DNA of 15,707 nt from Gemmatimonadales bacterium (GCA_039794085.1 JBDIWC010000074.1:1-15707), one strand, 5' to 3'. Positions 1-11,931 are shown, numbered from the stretch's first letter. Notes: a model not told the origin generated them from the sequence alone. Made by a program: numbers and translations.

Positions 1-2
1 CC

Positions 3-98
3 TTCGAAAAAGTGCCGTTGGCACAGGCTTTTTCGGGGTCCCCCCACACTTCGGACACGACCCCCAACCGTAACCAATTGTCACTCTTCGACTTCTAA
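3..98 (+). CDS. C-terminal fragment of an IS4-family transposase (5' part outside the window)
   Basis: Not in the ORF track. Frame from nt 3 reads FEKVPLAQAFSGSPHTSDTTPNRNQLSLFDF*. From memory this resembles the 'LFEKxPxxQA...NQLxLFDF*' tail of DUF4372-type IS4 transposases. The TAA stop (96-98) runs into an IS-end-like sequence. Confidence 0.7.
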   Translation, partial: FEKVPLAQAFSGSPHTSDTTPNRNQLSLFDF

Positions 99-111
99 CC
101 GGACAGTAGTG
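92..111 (+). mobile_element. Right terminal inverted repeat of the IS4-family element
   Basis: CTTCTAACCGGACAGTAGTG, reading CACTACTGTCCGGTTAGAAG from outside in. It overlaps the transposase stop and resembles remembered ends of this IS4 group. The left end is not visible, so the inner boundary is approximate. Confidence 0.62.
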
Positions 112-126
112 ATGTCCTATGTCCTA
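112..126. repeat. Short heptamer array (ATGTCCT)2A between the IS end and the dacB stop
   Basis: ATGTCCTATGTCCTA; same TGTCCTA/TAGGACA unit as the arrays at 10210-10272 and 15566-15595. Confidence 0.7.
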
Positions 127-1599
127 TTCGGTCCCGCCGAGCGCTTCGGCGACATCCGTGGGGATCACGACGCCGTTGGCGCCCAGCATCTTGAAGAGCC
201 GCCATTGCTGCTGGCGCGCGTCGTACACGCGAGGGCCGTTGTACATCAGCGAAAACACCAGCACTCCGTCCGGGGTGCCGAGATAGCCGGCCAGGGTGGC
301 CGCGTTGCCGAGGGTGCCGGTCTTGGCCCGCACCACGCCGGTCTCGGTCATCGGTCCTCCCCGGAGTCGGCGCAGGGTACCGGTGCCGTTGGCGGGCAGG
401 AGCTGGGCAAAGTTCTCGCCGCCGGGCCAGGTCGGCATGGCGGCCAGATAGGAGACGAACGACCAGGGGCTGGCCCGGTCGTCGGAGGAGAGTCCACTCC
501 CATCGACCAGATGCACTCCGGTGTAATCGCCCGTCACCTGCTGCACATGCGCGGTAAGCCGGGCGGCTCCACTGTCTCCCGCCGCCCAGCGCAGCATGAG
601 TTCCGCCCCGATGTTGAGGCTCCGGGCGTTCACTTCCCGGGCTACCGAGTCAAAGGGCAGGGACTGAACCTGTGCCAGGACGATCGGAGTGCCCCCGGGA
701 GTTGCCGCACCGATCGCGTCGGTGGGCACCCACTCGATCCCCGCCGCGCTGACCGCCGAGGCCCACGCCGCTTCGAGGACCGCCCTCGGGTTGTTGGAGA
801 TCCCGGTATAGGTCCGGGGGCGCGCGTGCACCCCGATCGATCCGCTCACGACCCAACGCCCCGAGGCCTGTCTCGAGTAGGCGAGACGGTTCCGGCTCCC
901 GGCCACGGTCCGGGCCCGGATGGTGACCAGCGGGCCCAGCCCGTGCGGGCTCGATCCGGCCAGCACCGGTGCGGCCCCCACCCGGGAGCCCGGTGCCACG
1001 GTGAGAGAGATGGCGTTCTCGTTGAGGGTCAGGTCGCCCACCATCGGGGCGAAGCTCCGTCCCCAGTGCCGTCGGGCCCACACCGCGGGATATCCGGCGT
1101 CGGCCTCGTCCCCATTGGCGCGCTTGACCACGAGCGGACCGGTCAGCCGTTTGACACCATTGGCGGACAGGCGCCGAGCCAGGTCGATCAAGGTCGGTCC
1201 CGAGCGGTCTCCCCGTTCCAGCGTGATGTCGCCGTTCATCTCCAGGGCCCAGGTACCGGTCCAGGTGCCGGTGGCGGAATCGAGCGACCCCGATCCCAGG
1301 ACCCGGGTGAGCTGGCGGGCGTTGGGACCGACCACACTGCGCGCAAAACCGGTCGTGAAGATCTTGACGGTGGAGGCGGGAATCAGCGGCTGCGTCGGGT
1401 TGATCCCCCAGAGGAGACGCCCCTCCTGATCGGCGATCGCGATGCCCCACGTTCCCGGCGCGGCCCGCGCGGCGGTCCGGAACCACGTCACCAGCTTGTC
1501 CGCCAGATCGTCGGGCGGGAAGGTCCGGGCCACCGGACCCGGTGCTGGAACGTCAGGTGAGCCGACCGCGAGGGTGGCCAGTACCAGCAGGGTGATCAT
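124..1599 (-). CDS. dacB: D-alanyl-D-alanine carboxypeptidase/endopeptidase (peptidase S13, PBP4)
   Basis: 491 aa with an N-terminal signal peptide. Active-site motifs SxxK (PASTVK), SxN (RSLNIGAE) and KTG (AKTGTL), plus the S13-typical DGSGLS. Confidence 0.92.
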   Translation of the reverse strand: MITLLVLATLAVGSPDVPAPGPVARTFPPDDLADKLVTWFRTAARAAPGTWGIAIADQEGRLLWGINPTQPLIPASTVKIFTTGFARSVVGPNARQLTRVLGSGSLDSATGTWTGTWALEMNGDITLERGDRSGPTLIDLARRLSANGVKRLTGPLVVKRANGDEADAGYPAVWARRHWGRSFAPMVGDLTLNENAISLTVAPGSRVGAAPVLAGSSPHGLGPLVTIRARTVAGSRNRLAYSRQASGRWVVSGSIGVHARPRTYTGISNNPRAVLEAAWASAVSAAGIEWVPTDAIGAATPGGTPIVLAQVQSLPFDSVAREVNARSLNIGAELMLRWAAGDSGAARLTAHVQQVTGDYTGVHLVDGSGLSSDDRASPWSFVSYLAAMPTWPGGENFAQLLPANGTGTLRRLRGGPMTETGVVRAKTGTLGNAATLAGYLGTPDGVLVFSLMYNGPRVYDARQQQWRLFKMLGANGVVIPTDVAEALGGTE

Positions 1600-1620
1600 C
1601 CGTGGCGCTTCCTGTTCCCG

Positions 1621-2784
1621 CTACCGGAGCAGCGTCTTGGCAATGGTCTGCAACTGCATGTTGCTCGTGCCTTCATAGATGGTGCCGATCTTCGCGTCGC
1701 GATAGAACTTCTCGACGGGATACTCGCGGGAATAACCATAGCCTCCAAACAGTTCGACGCAGAGCGAGGTTATCCGGTTGGCCACCTGCGAACTGAAGAG
1801 CTTGGCCATCGCCGCCTCGGTGGCGAAGGGCAGCCCGGTGTCCTTGAGGCGGGCGGCGTTGTAGACCATGAGCCGCGCCGCGGCGAGCTCGGTGGCCGCC
1901 TGGGCGATCTGGAACTGCACGCCCTGGAACTCGGAAATCGCCTTGCCGAACTGCTTCCGCTCCTGGATGTACCCGCAGGCCGCATCCAGCGCTCCCTGGG
2001 CCACTCCGATCATCTGAGCCCCGATTCCGATCCGGCCCTCGTTCAGGGTCTCGATGGCCACCTTGTACCCCTTGCCCACCGGACCCAGCACGTTCTCTTT
2101 CGGCACCCGGCACTGCTCCAGGATGATCTCGGTGGTGCTCGAGGCCCGGATGCCAAGCTTCAGCTCCTTCTTGCCCACGGCGAATCCGGGGAAATCCTTC
2201 TCCACCAGGAAGGCGGTGATTCCCTTGTACCCCTGCGAGAAGTCGCCGTTGGCGAAGACGATGAAAAAACCGGCCTCGGCTCCGTTCGTGATCCAGAACT
2301 TGGTTCCCGTGAGGGTCCAGTGGTCGTCATGCTCCTCGGCGCGGCACGCCAAGGCAAAGGCATCACTTCCGCTGCCCGGCTCGGAGAGCGCAAATGCGCC
2401 CAGAAGGTTGGACGTGAGGCGGGGGAAATAGCGGGCCTTCTGTTCCTCGGTACCCCAGCGGAGCACCGCGTTGTTCACCAGCGTGTTGTGAACATCCACA
2501 TAGATCGCCGCCGAAGCATCCACCCGGGCGAGTTCCTCGATGGCGAGGGTGGCGAGGAAGATCGAGCCCTCGGCGCCACCCCACGTCTCGGGAACCTCGA
2601 TGCCCATGAGGCCCATGTCGAAAAATCCCCGGATGAGCTCGGGCCGGAAGGCCGCCGCCTCGTCCATCGCGTGCACATGAGGGTGCACCTCCGTGGTCGC
2701 GAAGTCCCGCACCGCCTGCCGGAACATCTGTTCCTCTTCGGAGAGGGTGCTGAGGGCGGGTACCGCCTGCGCCAGTTCGGTCAT
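1621..2784 (-). CDS. Acyl-CoA dehydrogenase, short/branched-chain type
   Basis: Motifs FALSEPGSGSDA, GTKFWITNG, KLGIRAS, LNEGRIGIGAQ, ERKQFGK and YRDAKIGTIYEGTSN. Start moved to ATG 2784 (MTELAQ, 387 aa), which has AAGGAG at 2800-2795. Confidence 0.93.
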   Translation of the reverse strand: MTELAQAVPALSTLSEEEQMFRQAVRDFATTEVHPHVHAMDEAAAFRPELIRGFFDMGLMGIEVPETWGGAEGSIFLATLAIEELARVDASAAIYVDVHNTLVNNAVLRWGTEEQKARYFPRLTSNLLGAFALSEPGSGSDAFALACRAEEHDDHWTLTGTKFWITNGAEAGFFIVFANGDFSQGYKGITAFLVEKDFPGFAVGKKELKLGIRASSTTEIILEQCRVPKENVLGPVGKGYKVAIETLNEGRIGIGAQMIGVAQGALDAACGYIQERKQFGKAISEFQGVQFQIAQAATELAAARLMVYNAARLKDTGLPFATEAAMAKLFSSQVANRITSLCVELFGGYGYSREYPVEKFYRDAKIGTIYEGTSNMQLQTIAKTLLR

Positions 2785-2828
2785 ACGGGTGACACTCCTT
2801 CCACGATGGATCCACGCACAAGGCATGT

Positions 2829-2858
2829 AAGATACCCGGGCGCGGCTCTCCCCCTCAA
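2829..2858 (-). promoter_or_regulatory. Candidate sigma70 promoter for the acyl-CoA dehydrogenase-dacB unit
   Basis: Minus strand TTGAGG (2858-2853), 18-nt spacer, TATCTT (2834-2829), inside the 76-nt intergenic gap. Confidence 0.4.
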
Positions 2859-2860
2859 CG

Positions 2861-4701
2861 TCAGGGGCTCCGAAGCACCTCGAGCGCCACCGGAACCCGG
2901 CCCAGCGGGGCCGACACCTGCGCTCCGGCGAGACGATCCCGAACGGCCGCGAGCATCTCCCGCGCGATCAGCACCCCTTCCGCGAGAGCCGTCTCCCGTC
3001 CCCCCTTGCTGGCCACCCGCATGCGGTCGAGCACTTCCTCCGGTACGCTCACCCCCGGAACCTCGTTGGCCAGAAATTCCGCATTCCGAAGCGACACCAG
3101 AGGCCAGATTCCCCCCACGATCGGGAGGCGGAAGCCCTCCACCTGGTGCAGGAACCGATCGAGCTGGTCCAGGTCGAACACCGGCTGGGTCACCGCGAAC
3201 TCCGCACCCGCCTCCACCTTCCACGCCAAACGACGCAACTCACGGTCCAGATCGGTGGCCGCGGGGTTCACCCCCACTCCCAAAACGAACCGAGTCGGCA
3301 ATCCGATTGGATTCTGCCCCGGGTCGAGCCCATGGTTGAGCCGGGAGACCAGGTTGGTGAGGCCAATCGCGTCGATGTCAAAGACCGCGGTGGCATCGGG
3401 ATACGGCCCCATCTTCGGTGGGTCTCCCGTGATCAGGAGGAGGTTCCGGAGACCCGCCGCCGCCGCCCCCAACAAGTCCGAGAGCATGCCGAGCAGGTTG
3501 CGGTCGCGGCAGGCGTAATGCACGACCGTCTCAAGACCCACTTCCCGCTCGATCATGACACCTGAAAGGAGCGCTCCCATCCGGCTCTGGGCTCTCGGCC
3601 CATCGGGGATATTGACGGCATCCACCCCCGCCAACTTGAGGGCCCGGACCTGGGCGAACATCGGTTCCGGATCGATCCCCTTCGGGGGGACGATTTCCAC
3701 CGTGGTGACAAACTCACCGGTGGCGATCTTTCGCCCGAGGGCCGAGCGCTCCGCGAGCGGGACCGGTTCGCACCCGGGGTGGGTCGGAGCTTCACCCGTC
3801 AGACCCGTCGGTCCGGCCGCATGACGCACGGAGACACTCTGGACGTAGTTCCGGATGGCGCGGATGTGCGCGGGAGTCGTTCCGCAACATCCTCCCACGA
3901 AGCGAGCACCCGCCTCCACCATGCGCCGGGCAAAGCTCGCCATGTACTCGGGGGATGCCATGTAGATCTTCCGGTCCCCCACGGAACGGGGGAGCCCGGC
4001 GTTGGGCTGGGCCACGATGGGGATGCCCACAACCTCGGCGAGCTTCTCGACCGCCGTGAGGACCCCGTGAGGGCCGACCGAACAGTTGACGCCGAGGGCG
4101 TCGACTCCCATCGCCTCGACGGCGGGACCGAAGGTGGCGGGGCCGGTGCCGTACACGGTGCGCCCATCCGGCCCGATGGTCATGAGGGCGATGACCGGGA
4201 GGTCGGAACAGGACCGCACCGCGGCCACGGCGGCCCGGATTTCCTCCACATCGCTGAAGGTCTCGGCCAGGAACCCGTCCACGCCTCCCGCCACCAGACC
4301 CCGCACCTGCACCCGGAAGGCATCCACCGCCTCCGCGTGGCTGGTGGGACCAAAGGGCTCCAGGCGAACCCCCAGGGGACCGATGGCGCCGACCACGGCG
4401 GCCCGGGATCCCGCCGCCTCGCGGGCCAGGTGAGCTGCGGCGCGGTTCAACGCCTCGGTCTCGGCGGCGAGTCCATACTGGGCCAGCTTGAAGGGGTTGG
4501 CGCCGAAGGTGTTGGTCTCCAGAATCTCGGCGCCGGCTGCGACGTACTCACGGTGAATGTCCCGCACGAGATCGGGTTGGCGCACGGCGAGTTCATCGAA
4601 GCAGACGTTGAGGAACACGCCGCGATTGTAGAGCTCGGTCCCCATGCCGCCGTCGAAGATGTGGACCCGGCCATCGTCGAGGAGTTCGCGGAGCGTGGGC
4701 A

Positions 4702-4702
<1 letters not shown>
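2861..4702 (-). CDS. yitJ: Bifunctional homocysteine S-methyltransferase / 5,10-methylenetetrahydrofolate reductase (YitJ-type)
   Basis: N-terminal HMT domain (DGGMGT, TNTFGAN, GVNCSVGP, PNAGLP, GGCCGTT). C-terminal MTHFR domain (VEIVPPKG, HYACRDRN, TGDPP, KVEAGAEFAVTQPVFD). ATG at 4702 overlaps the metH stop (TGATG); 613 aa. Confidence 0.9.
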
Positions 4703-8460
<3,758 letters not shown>

Positions 8461-8481
8461 GTCGGTGGGCCTCCAAACACG

Positions 8482-8508
8482 AGCCCCCAGCCAAGACAGC
8501 CAGGGGCT
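8482..8508 (-). promoter_or_regulatory. GC-rich hairpin between the SAM-II aptamer and the metH RBS (putative expression platform)
   Basis: Minus strand AGCCCCUGGCUG-UCU-UGGCUGGGGGCU, up to 12 bp including four G-U pairs that form only on the minus strand. Followed by CGUGUUU and then GGAGG. Confidence 0.6.
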
Positions 8509-8558
8509 GCGTTTTAGCGGATTGTTTTACGTGGCCGCAATCGCGCAAATCGCCACGG
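8509..8558 (-). promoter_or_regulatory. SAM-II (SAM_alpha-type) riboswitch aptamer
   Basis: Minus strand CCGUGGCGAUUUGCGCGAUUGCGGCCACGUAAAACAAUCCGCUAAAACGC. P1 is CGUGGC/GCCACG, followed by the conserved GAUUU loop. UUGC pairs with GC(U)AA, there is an A-rich linker, and P2a is GCG/CGC. It lies directly upstream of metH. Confidence 0.88.
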
Positions 8559-8635
8559 TCAGATTGTGGGAGAAAGGTCTCCGTTTCCGGCCCTGCGGGC
8601 AAGTCCCCCGCCGCTGCGGTGGCCTCGAAACGGGC

Positions 8636-8944
8636 TTAGTCGCTGGTGCCAAGACCGAGTGCCACCCGCACTCGGTTCACCGTCACCCCGTCCACCGCCA
8701 CGACCTTCCGTCGGCTACCCGTGCCTCGGGCCACGCGTATGTTGCTCCGGGGGACGCCGATCTTCTCGGCGAGGAAGCGGATCAGGGCGTCATTGGCGGC
8801 CCCGTCCACCGGGGGGGCCGCGAGCCGGATCCGGATTGCCCCATCGTGAATGCCGGTGCACTCGGTGCGGGAGGCCCGGGGTTGCACGTACACGGTGAGT
8901 TGCACGCCGGACCCACCGGGTCCGGGGGAGACGGGTCCGGTCAC
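8636..8944 (-). CDS. yggU: DUF167 / UPF0235 family protein
   Basis: LTVYVQPRAS...IRLAAPPVDGAANDALIRFLA...GTGSRRK. GTG at 8944 overlaps the yggT stop (GTGA); 102 aa. The 349-aa extension in the ORF track is spurious. Confidence 0.88.
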   Translation of the reverse strand: MTGPVSPGPGGSGVQLTVYVQPRASRTECTGIHDGAIRIRLAAPPVDGAANDALIRFLAEKIGVPRSNIRVARGTGSRRKVVAVDGVTVNRVRVALGLGTSD

Positions 8945-9528
8945 AGAACGGAGAGGACCAGGCCCCGCACCACGATCAGGACGAAATACGCGACCAGAGG
9001 ACTCAGGTCGAGCATTCCCATCGGCGGGAGGAACCGCCGGATCGGCCCGAGGAGCCACTCGGTCAGGCGCCAGGCGACGCGGCCCACGCGGCTGTAGGGA
9101 CCGAGTCCGAACCAGGAACCGATCACCCGGACGATCAGGGCCAGGATGAGCAGATCGAAGGTCCAGCCCACCACCAGAGCAACCCAGACCATCGGGCCAC
9201 TCCGTGCCGCGACCGAGAGCCGCGCCACGAACGCGATGATCCATCGGGTGAGGGTGATGAGGAGCAACCCGATCCCGAGAGCACCCCCGAGAAGCCAGAG
9301 GGTCGCCTCCTGGGGGTTCCGACCCCACTGCACCAGGCGGCCCTCGAGGGGTCGGAGGGCCGGGTCGCTGAGGCGCCGGATCCCCATGGCCCACCCGCTG
9401 AACGGTTTGAGATGTCCGCGGCGCACCGCCCAGTGGGTTCCCGCCACCACCGCGGCGGTGCCGACGAGCAGGCCGGCGACAATGCGGGCCAGGAGGTCGG
9501 CGACGGCGGCGGTGGTCCACAGGTCCAT
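8941..9528 (-). CDS. yggT: YggT family membrane protein (two YGGT-like repeats)
   Basis: Hydrophobic 195 aa with RLTEWLLGPIRRFLPPMGMLDLSPLVA and an N-terminal RRLSDPALRPL repeat. Classic yggT-yggU adjacency. Confidence 0.88.
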   Translation of the reverse strand: MDLWTTAAVADLLARIVAGLLVGTAAVVAGTHWAVRRGHLKPFSGWAMGIRRLSDPALRPLEGRLVQWGRNPQEATLWLLGGALGIGLLLITLTRWIIAFVARLSVAARSGPMVWVALVVGWTFDLLILALIVRVIGSWFGLGPYSRVGRVAWRLTEWLLGPIRRFLPPMGMLDLSPLVAYFVLIVVRGLVLSVL

Positions 9529-9557
9529 GAGACGGCTCCGGGAGTGAGTCGCCGGGA

Positions 9558-9566
9558 ATGATAGCA
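9558..9566 (-). promoter_or_regulatory. Candidate extended -10 promoter for yggT-yggU
   Basis: Minus strand TGCTATCAT (TGnTATCAT) ending 30 nt upstream of the yggT ATG; no consensus -35. Confidence 0.4.
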
Positions 9567-9612
9567 GGGGAGGAGGGAGGGGCCGGGAGGATCGGATCGG
9601 AGTCGTCTGAGA

Positions 9613-9630
9613 TTGTGAAGTATTTCACAA
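9613..9630. promoter_or_regulatory. Palindromic transcription-factor site (Rex operator or CRP-family box)
   Basis: TTGTGAA-GTAT-TTCACAA, an AT-rich 7-4-7 inverted repeat in a GC-rich divergent intergenic region. Matches Rex TTGTGAA-N4-TTCACAA and CRP TGTGA-N6-TCACA. Confidence 0.72.
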
Positions 9631-9702
9631 GCACTGCCCGGACTACTTTTCTTCTCCCCGCGCCACGAGGATCGTGGCCATCCACCCCGTCCGGGAGTTT
9701 CC

Positions 9703-10161
9703 CTGAGAATCTGGATCGATGCCGATGCCACCCCGCGCGACGTGAAGGAACTGGTGTTCCGTGCCGCGACGCGGCTCCACATTGCGACCGTGCTGGTGGC
9801 CAACACGCGCCTTCGTCCCCCGGCGGGGCACCCCCTGGTCAGCGCCGTCTGGGTGGACGGTGGCCCTGACGTCGCGGATCAACACATCGTGGCCGAGTCG
9901 GAGGAAGGGGACCTGGTGGTGACCCAGGACATCCCCCTGGCGGCACTGCTGGTTCCCCGGGGAGTCGTGGTGCTCGATCCGCGGGGCGAGGAGCACACCG
10001 AGGAAACCATCGGGGAGCGACTCTCCGTCCGGAACTTCATGGACCAGCTTCGCGGCTCCGGGACGGCGACGGGAGGGCCTCCCCCGTATGACGCACGAGC
10101 CCGGCAGGCCTTTGCCGCCGCCCTGGATCGGACACTGACGCGTTTGCTTCGGTCTCGGTGA
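9703..10161 (+). CDS. yaiI: YaiI/YqxD (UPF0178, DUF188) family protein
   Basis: (M)RIWIDADATPRDVKE...DVADQHIVAESEEGDLVVTQDIPLAA...RLSVRNFMDQLR...GGPPPY. The conserved N-terminus lies upstream of the track's GTG 9742 and begins at CTG 9703 after GGGAG (9693-9697); 152 aa. Confidence 0.88.
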   Translation: MRIWIDADATPRDVKELVFRAATRLHIATVLVANTRLRPPAGHPLVSAVWVDGGPDVADQHIVAESEEGDLVVTQDIPLAALLVPRGVVVLDPRGEEHTEETIGERLSVRNFMDQLRGSGTATGGPPPYDARARQAFAAALDRTLTRLLRSR

Positions 10162-10189
10162 GGGACCTCGAGGGCTTCGTTGCGCTCTG

Positions 10190-10212
10190 GGTTCCGGCTC
10201 TGCCGGCTTAGG
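10190..10212 (-). repeat. Dispersed hairpin motif, copy 1
   Basis: Minus strand CCTAAGCCGGCAGAGCCGGAACC, identical over 23 nt to the copy at 15592. Internal stem CCGGC-AGA-GCCGG. Confidence 0.9.
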
Positions 10213-10313
10213 ACAGAGGACATAGAGGACATAGGACATAGGACATAGGACATAGGACATAGGACACAGGACCTACCGCCTACCGCCTATCACCTATCAC
10301 CTACCACCTACCC
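10210..10313. repeat. Two abutting heptamer tandem arrays
   Basis: About 9 AGGACA(T) units at 10210-10272, five of them perfect AGGACAT (10226-10260). Then 6 CCTAYCN units at 10272-10313 (CCTACCG x2, CCTATCA x2, CCTACCA, CCTACCC). Confidence 0.95.
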
Positions 10314-10751
10314 TTCCAGGACCAGTTCCCGCTCCATCAGGTACCAGGTGCCCCCGTTCCAGTATCCGTCGCGCCGGAGCCGTCGCTCCCAGCCCAGTGC
10401 CGCCAGAAGAGGCTCGGTGCGGAGATCGTCGATCCAGAACTCGGCGAGGTGGGCACCTTCCTCCCGGGCGTGCGCTTCGAAAGCTGTCAGCAGACGGAAG
10501 GCATGGCCGCGGCCCCGCTCCGGTTCCACGATCGCGATGTCGGCCAGGTGGGCCACTCCCCCGCGGAGGGTGTACCGAACCCCGCCGACCCAATCCCCGA
10601 TCTCATTGGTCAGTGCCAGGTGCCGGGTTTCCTGCAAAAGGTCCCCCTCGGGGGTGGACGGCGACCGCTCGATTACCTCGCGCAACCAGGCGGCGAACTC
10701 CTCGCCGTCGCTGATTTCGCGGATCGTCAGGTTCCGTTCCGATCCAATCAT
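10308..10751 (-). CDS. GNAT family N-acetyltransferase
   Basis: Acetyl-CoA-binding motif A: HLADIAIVEPERGRGHAFRLLTAFEAHAREEG. Start moved to ATG 10751 (MIGSERN, 147 aa), preceded by GGGGAAGAG. Confidence 0.8.
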   Translation of the reverse strand: MIGSERNLTIREISDGEEFAAWLREVIERSPSTPEGDLLQETRHLALTNEIGDWVGGVRYTLRGGVAHLADIAIVEPERGRGHAFRLLTAFEAHAREEGAHLAEFWIDDLRTEPLLAALGWERRLRRDGYWNGGTWYLMERELVLEG

Positions 10752-10806
10752 GGCTCTTCCCCCACGGCCGGTCAGTCTCCCCGCCGGCTCGGGGGCCAGC
10801 GGTCCG

Positions 10807-11076
10807 TCACCGCGTCCGGCACTGCCGGGTGACGGGTACCCGATTGCCACATGCAATTGCATCGTTCATGCCACCGGTCAACGGTCCGCAGGCCGTGGTC
10901 TGCGCGGTGGTCGTGGCCTCTTCCTCTGATACGCCGCTGGCGGTCGCGCAGTTCTCCAGTCCGTTGTAGCGCACACATACATCACAGGTTACCGGCTGGG
11001 AGCTGAGGGTGCCCCACGCCAGGAAGGCGATGAAACCAAGTATGACGGCGATGGTGATGAGCCGGGATGAAGTCAT
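10807..11076 (-). CDS. Small membrane-anchored or exported Cys-rich hypothetical protein
   Basis: 89 aa from ATG 11076 with GAGGA upstream. One N-terminal hydrophobic helix, then six Cys including CDVC. Confidence 0.72.
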   Translation of the reverse strand: MTSSRLITIAVILGFIAFLAWGTLSSQPVTCDVCVRYNGLENCATASGVSEEEATTTAQTTACGPLTGGMNDAIACGNRVPVTRQCRTR

Positions 11077-11117
11077 CTGCGGTGTCCTCAAAAGTGGTCA
11101 GTTTCGTGTGGTCCCAC

Positions 11118-11843
11118 TCACCCTGCGGCAGTGAATGCCCCCCAGACGGCAGGGAGTGCCCCCAGCAGCCACACCACGAGGGTGGCCCCCAGCGCCTGGG
11201 TTCGGGAGAGTTTGCCCACCTGCTCGAAGCCGAGCAGAATGAGGAAAGATACCCAGAGGGTGATGAGGTCGACCCGTCCCAGAAGGCCCTGGATGGCGGG
11301 ACCGGTCGTGGCCGGGTCGAGGAAGCGGCCCACCCCCAGCGACACGCTGTAACGGGAGGTGAGGGACTCCTCGGGCAGAACCAGTGCCTGGGCCGCGTTC
11401 AGCACGAACTCCACCAACCGCGGGAAAAGGGCGAAGGTGGCGATGGTGATCGCCCGGGCGAAATCGAGACCGGCCCCGAAGATCTTTCCCGTGACCCAGA
11501 TGGCGAGACCCAGAAGCACGGCGCCGACCCCGATCGCCCCGGCCACCAGGAGTCCGGCCACCTTCTCGCTCATGCCACGGAACCCTTCCATCTGCTCCAG
11601 GGTGAGCTGGGGATTGTTCCGCATCGCGGCCGCGGCTCCCCGGCGGAACTCGGCATCGAAGATCGGCGCCATCGCGGTGGCCGTGAGGTAGTAGAGCGCG
11701 ATGATCCCGATCACCAGGACGAGGAGGGCGATACCGAACTTCGGAGTGATGGCCCGGCGGGCGAAGAGGGTGCCGGGTGACACAAAGATGTCGATGAGAT
11801 CATCCCACCAGGGGGAGTCGGCAGTTTCGGGGGTTGCGGACAT
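11118..11843 (-). CDS. Yip1-domain (YIP1 family) membrane protein
   Basis: 241 aa starting with 'LIDIFVSPGTLFAR', about 5 hydrophobic segments, and a 'DLITLW...LLGFEQVGKLSRTQA' C-terminus typical of bacterial Yip1 proteins. Confidence 0.75.
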   Translation of the reverse strand: MSATPETADSPWWDDLIDIFVSPGTLFARRAITPKFGIALLVLVIGIIALYYLTATAMAPIFDAEFRRGAAAAMRNNPQLTLEQMEGFRGMSEKVAGLLVAGAIGVGAVLLGLAIWVTGKIFGAGLDFARAITIATFALFPRLVEFVLNAAQALVLPEESLTSRYSVSLGVGRFLDPATTGPAIQGLLGRVDLITLWVSFLILLGFEQVGKLSRTQALGATLVVWLLGALPAVWGAFTAAG

Positions 11844-11931
11844 GTGCCTTCACACGGGTGAGAGGTTGCGGGACGCCACGACGGACGGGGGAAAAGATCG
11901 TCCGGTTTCACATGTTGCAGAGAGAGACGTT

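Noticed and set aside
8475..8508. Hairpin as a plain constitutive intrinsic terminator
   Set aside because: The tail is CGUGUUU rather than a U-tract and sits against the metH SD. Kept only as a candidate regulatory platform.
8583..8600. 15/18 match to the dispersed hairpin motif upstream of the SAM-II aptamer
   Set aside because: It lacks the CCTAAG end and any adjacent heptamer array, and one stem pair is broken. Plausibly chance at this GC content.
8461..8635. Cobalamin or SAM-I riboswitch upstream of metH
   Set aside because: No B12-box or SAM-I core (AUC...GAGGGA...GCAACC...GAU) is visible, and the space is accounted for by the SAM-II aptamer and hairpin.
9643..10260. ORFs beginning MSYVLCPMSYVL (also 9879..10253 and 109..1560)
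   Set aside because: Their ATGs come from the ATGTCCT heptamer itself, and the ORFs run antisense to well-supported genes.
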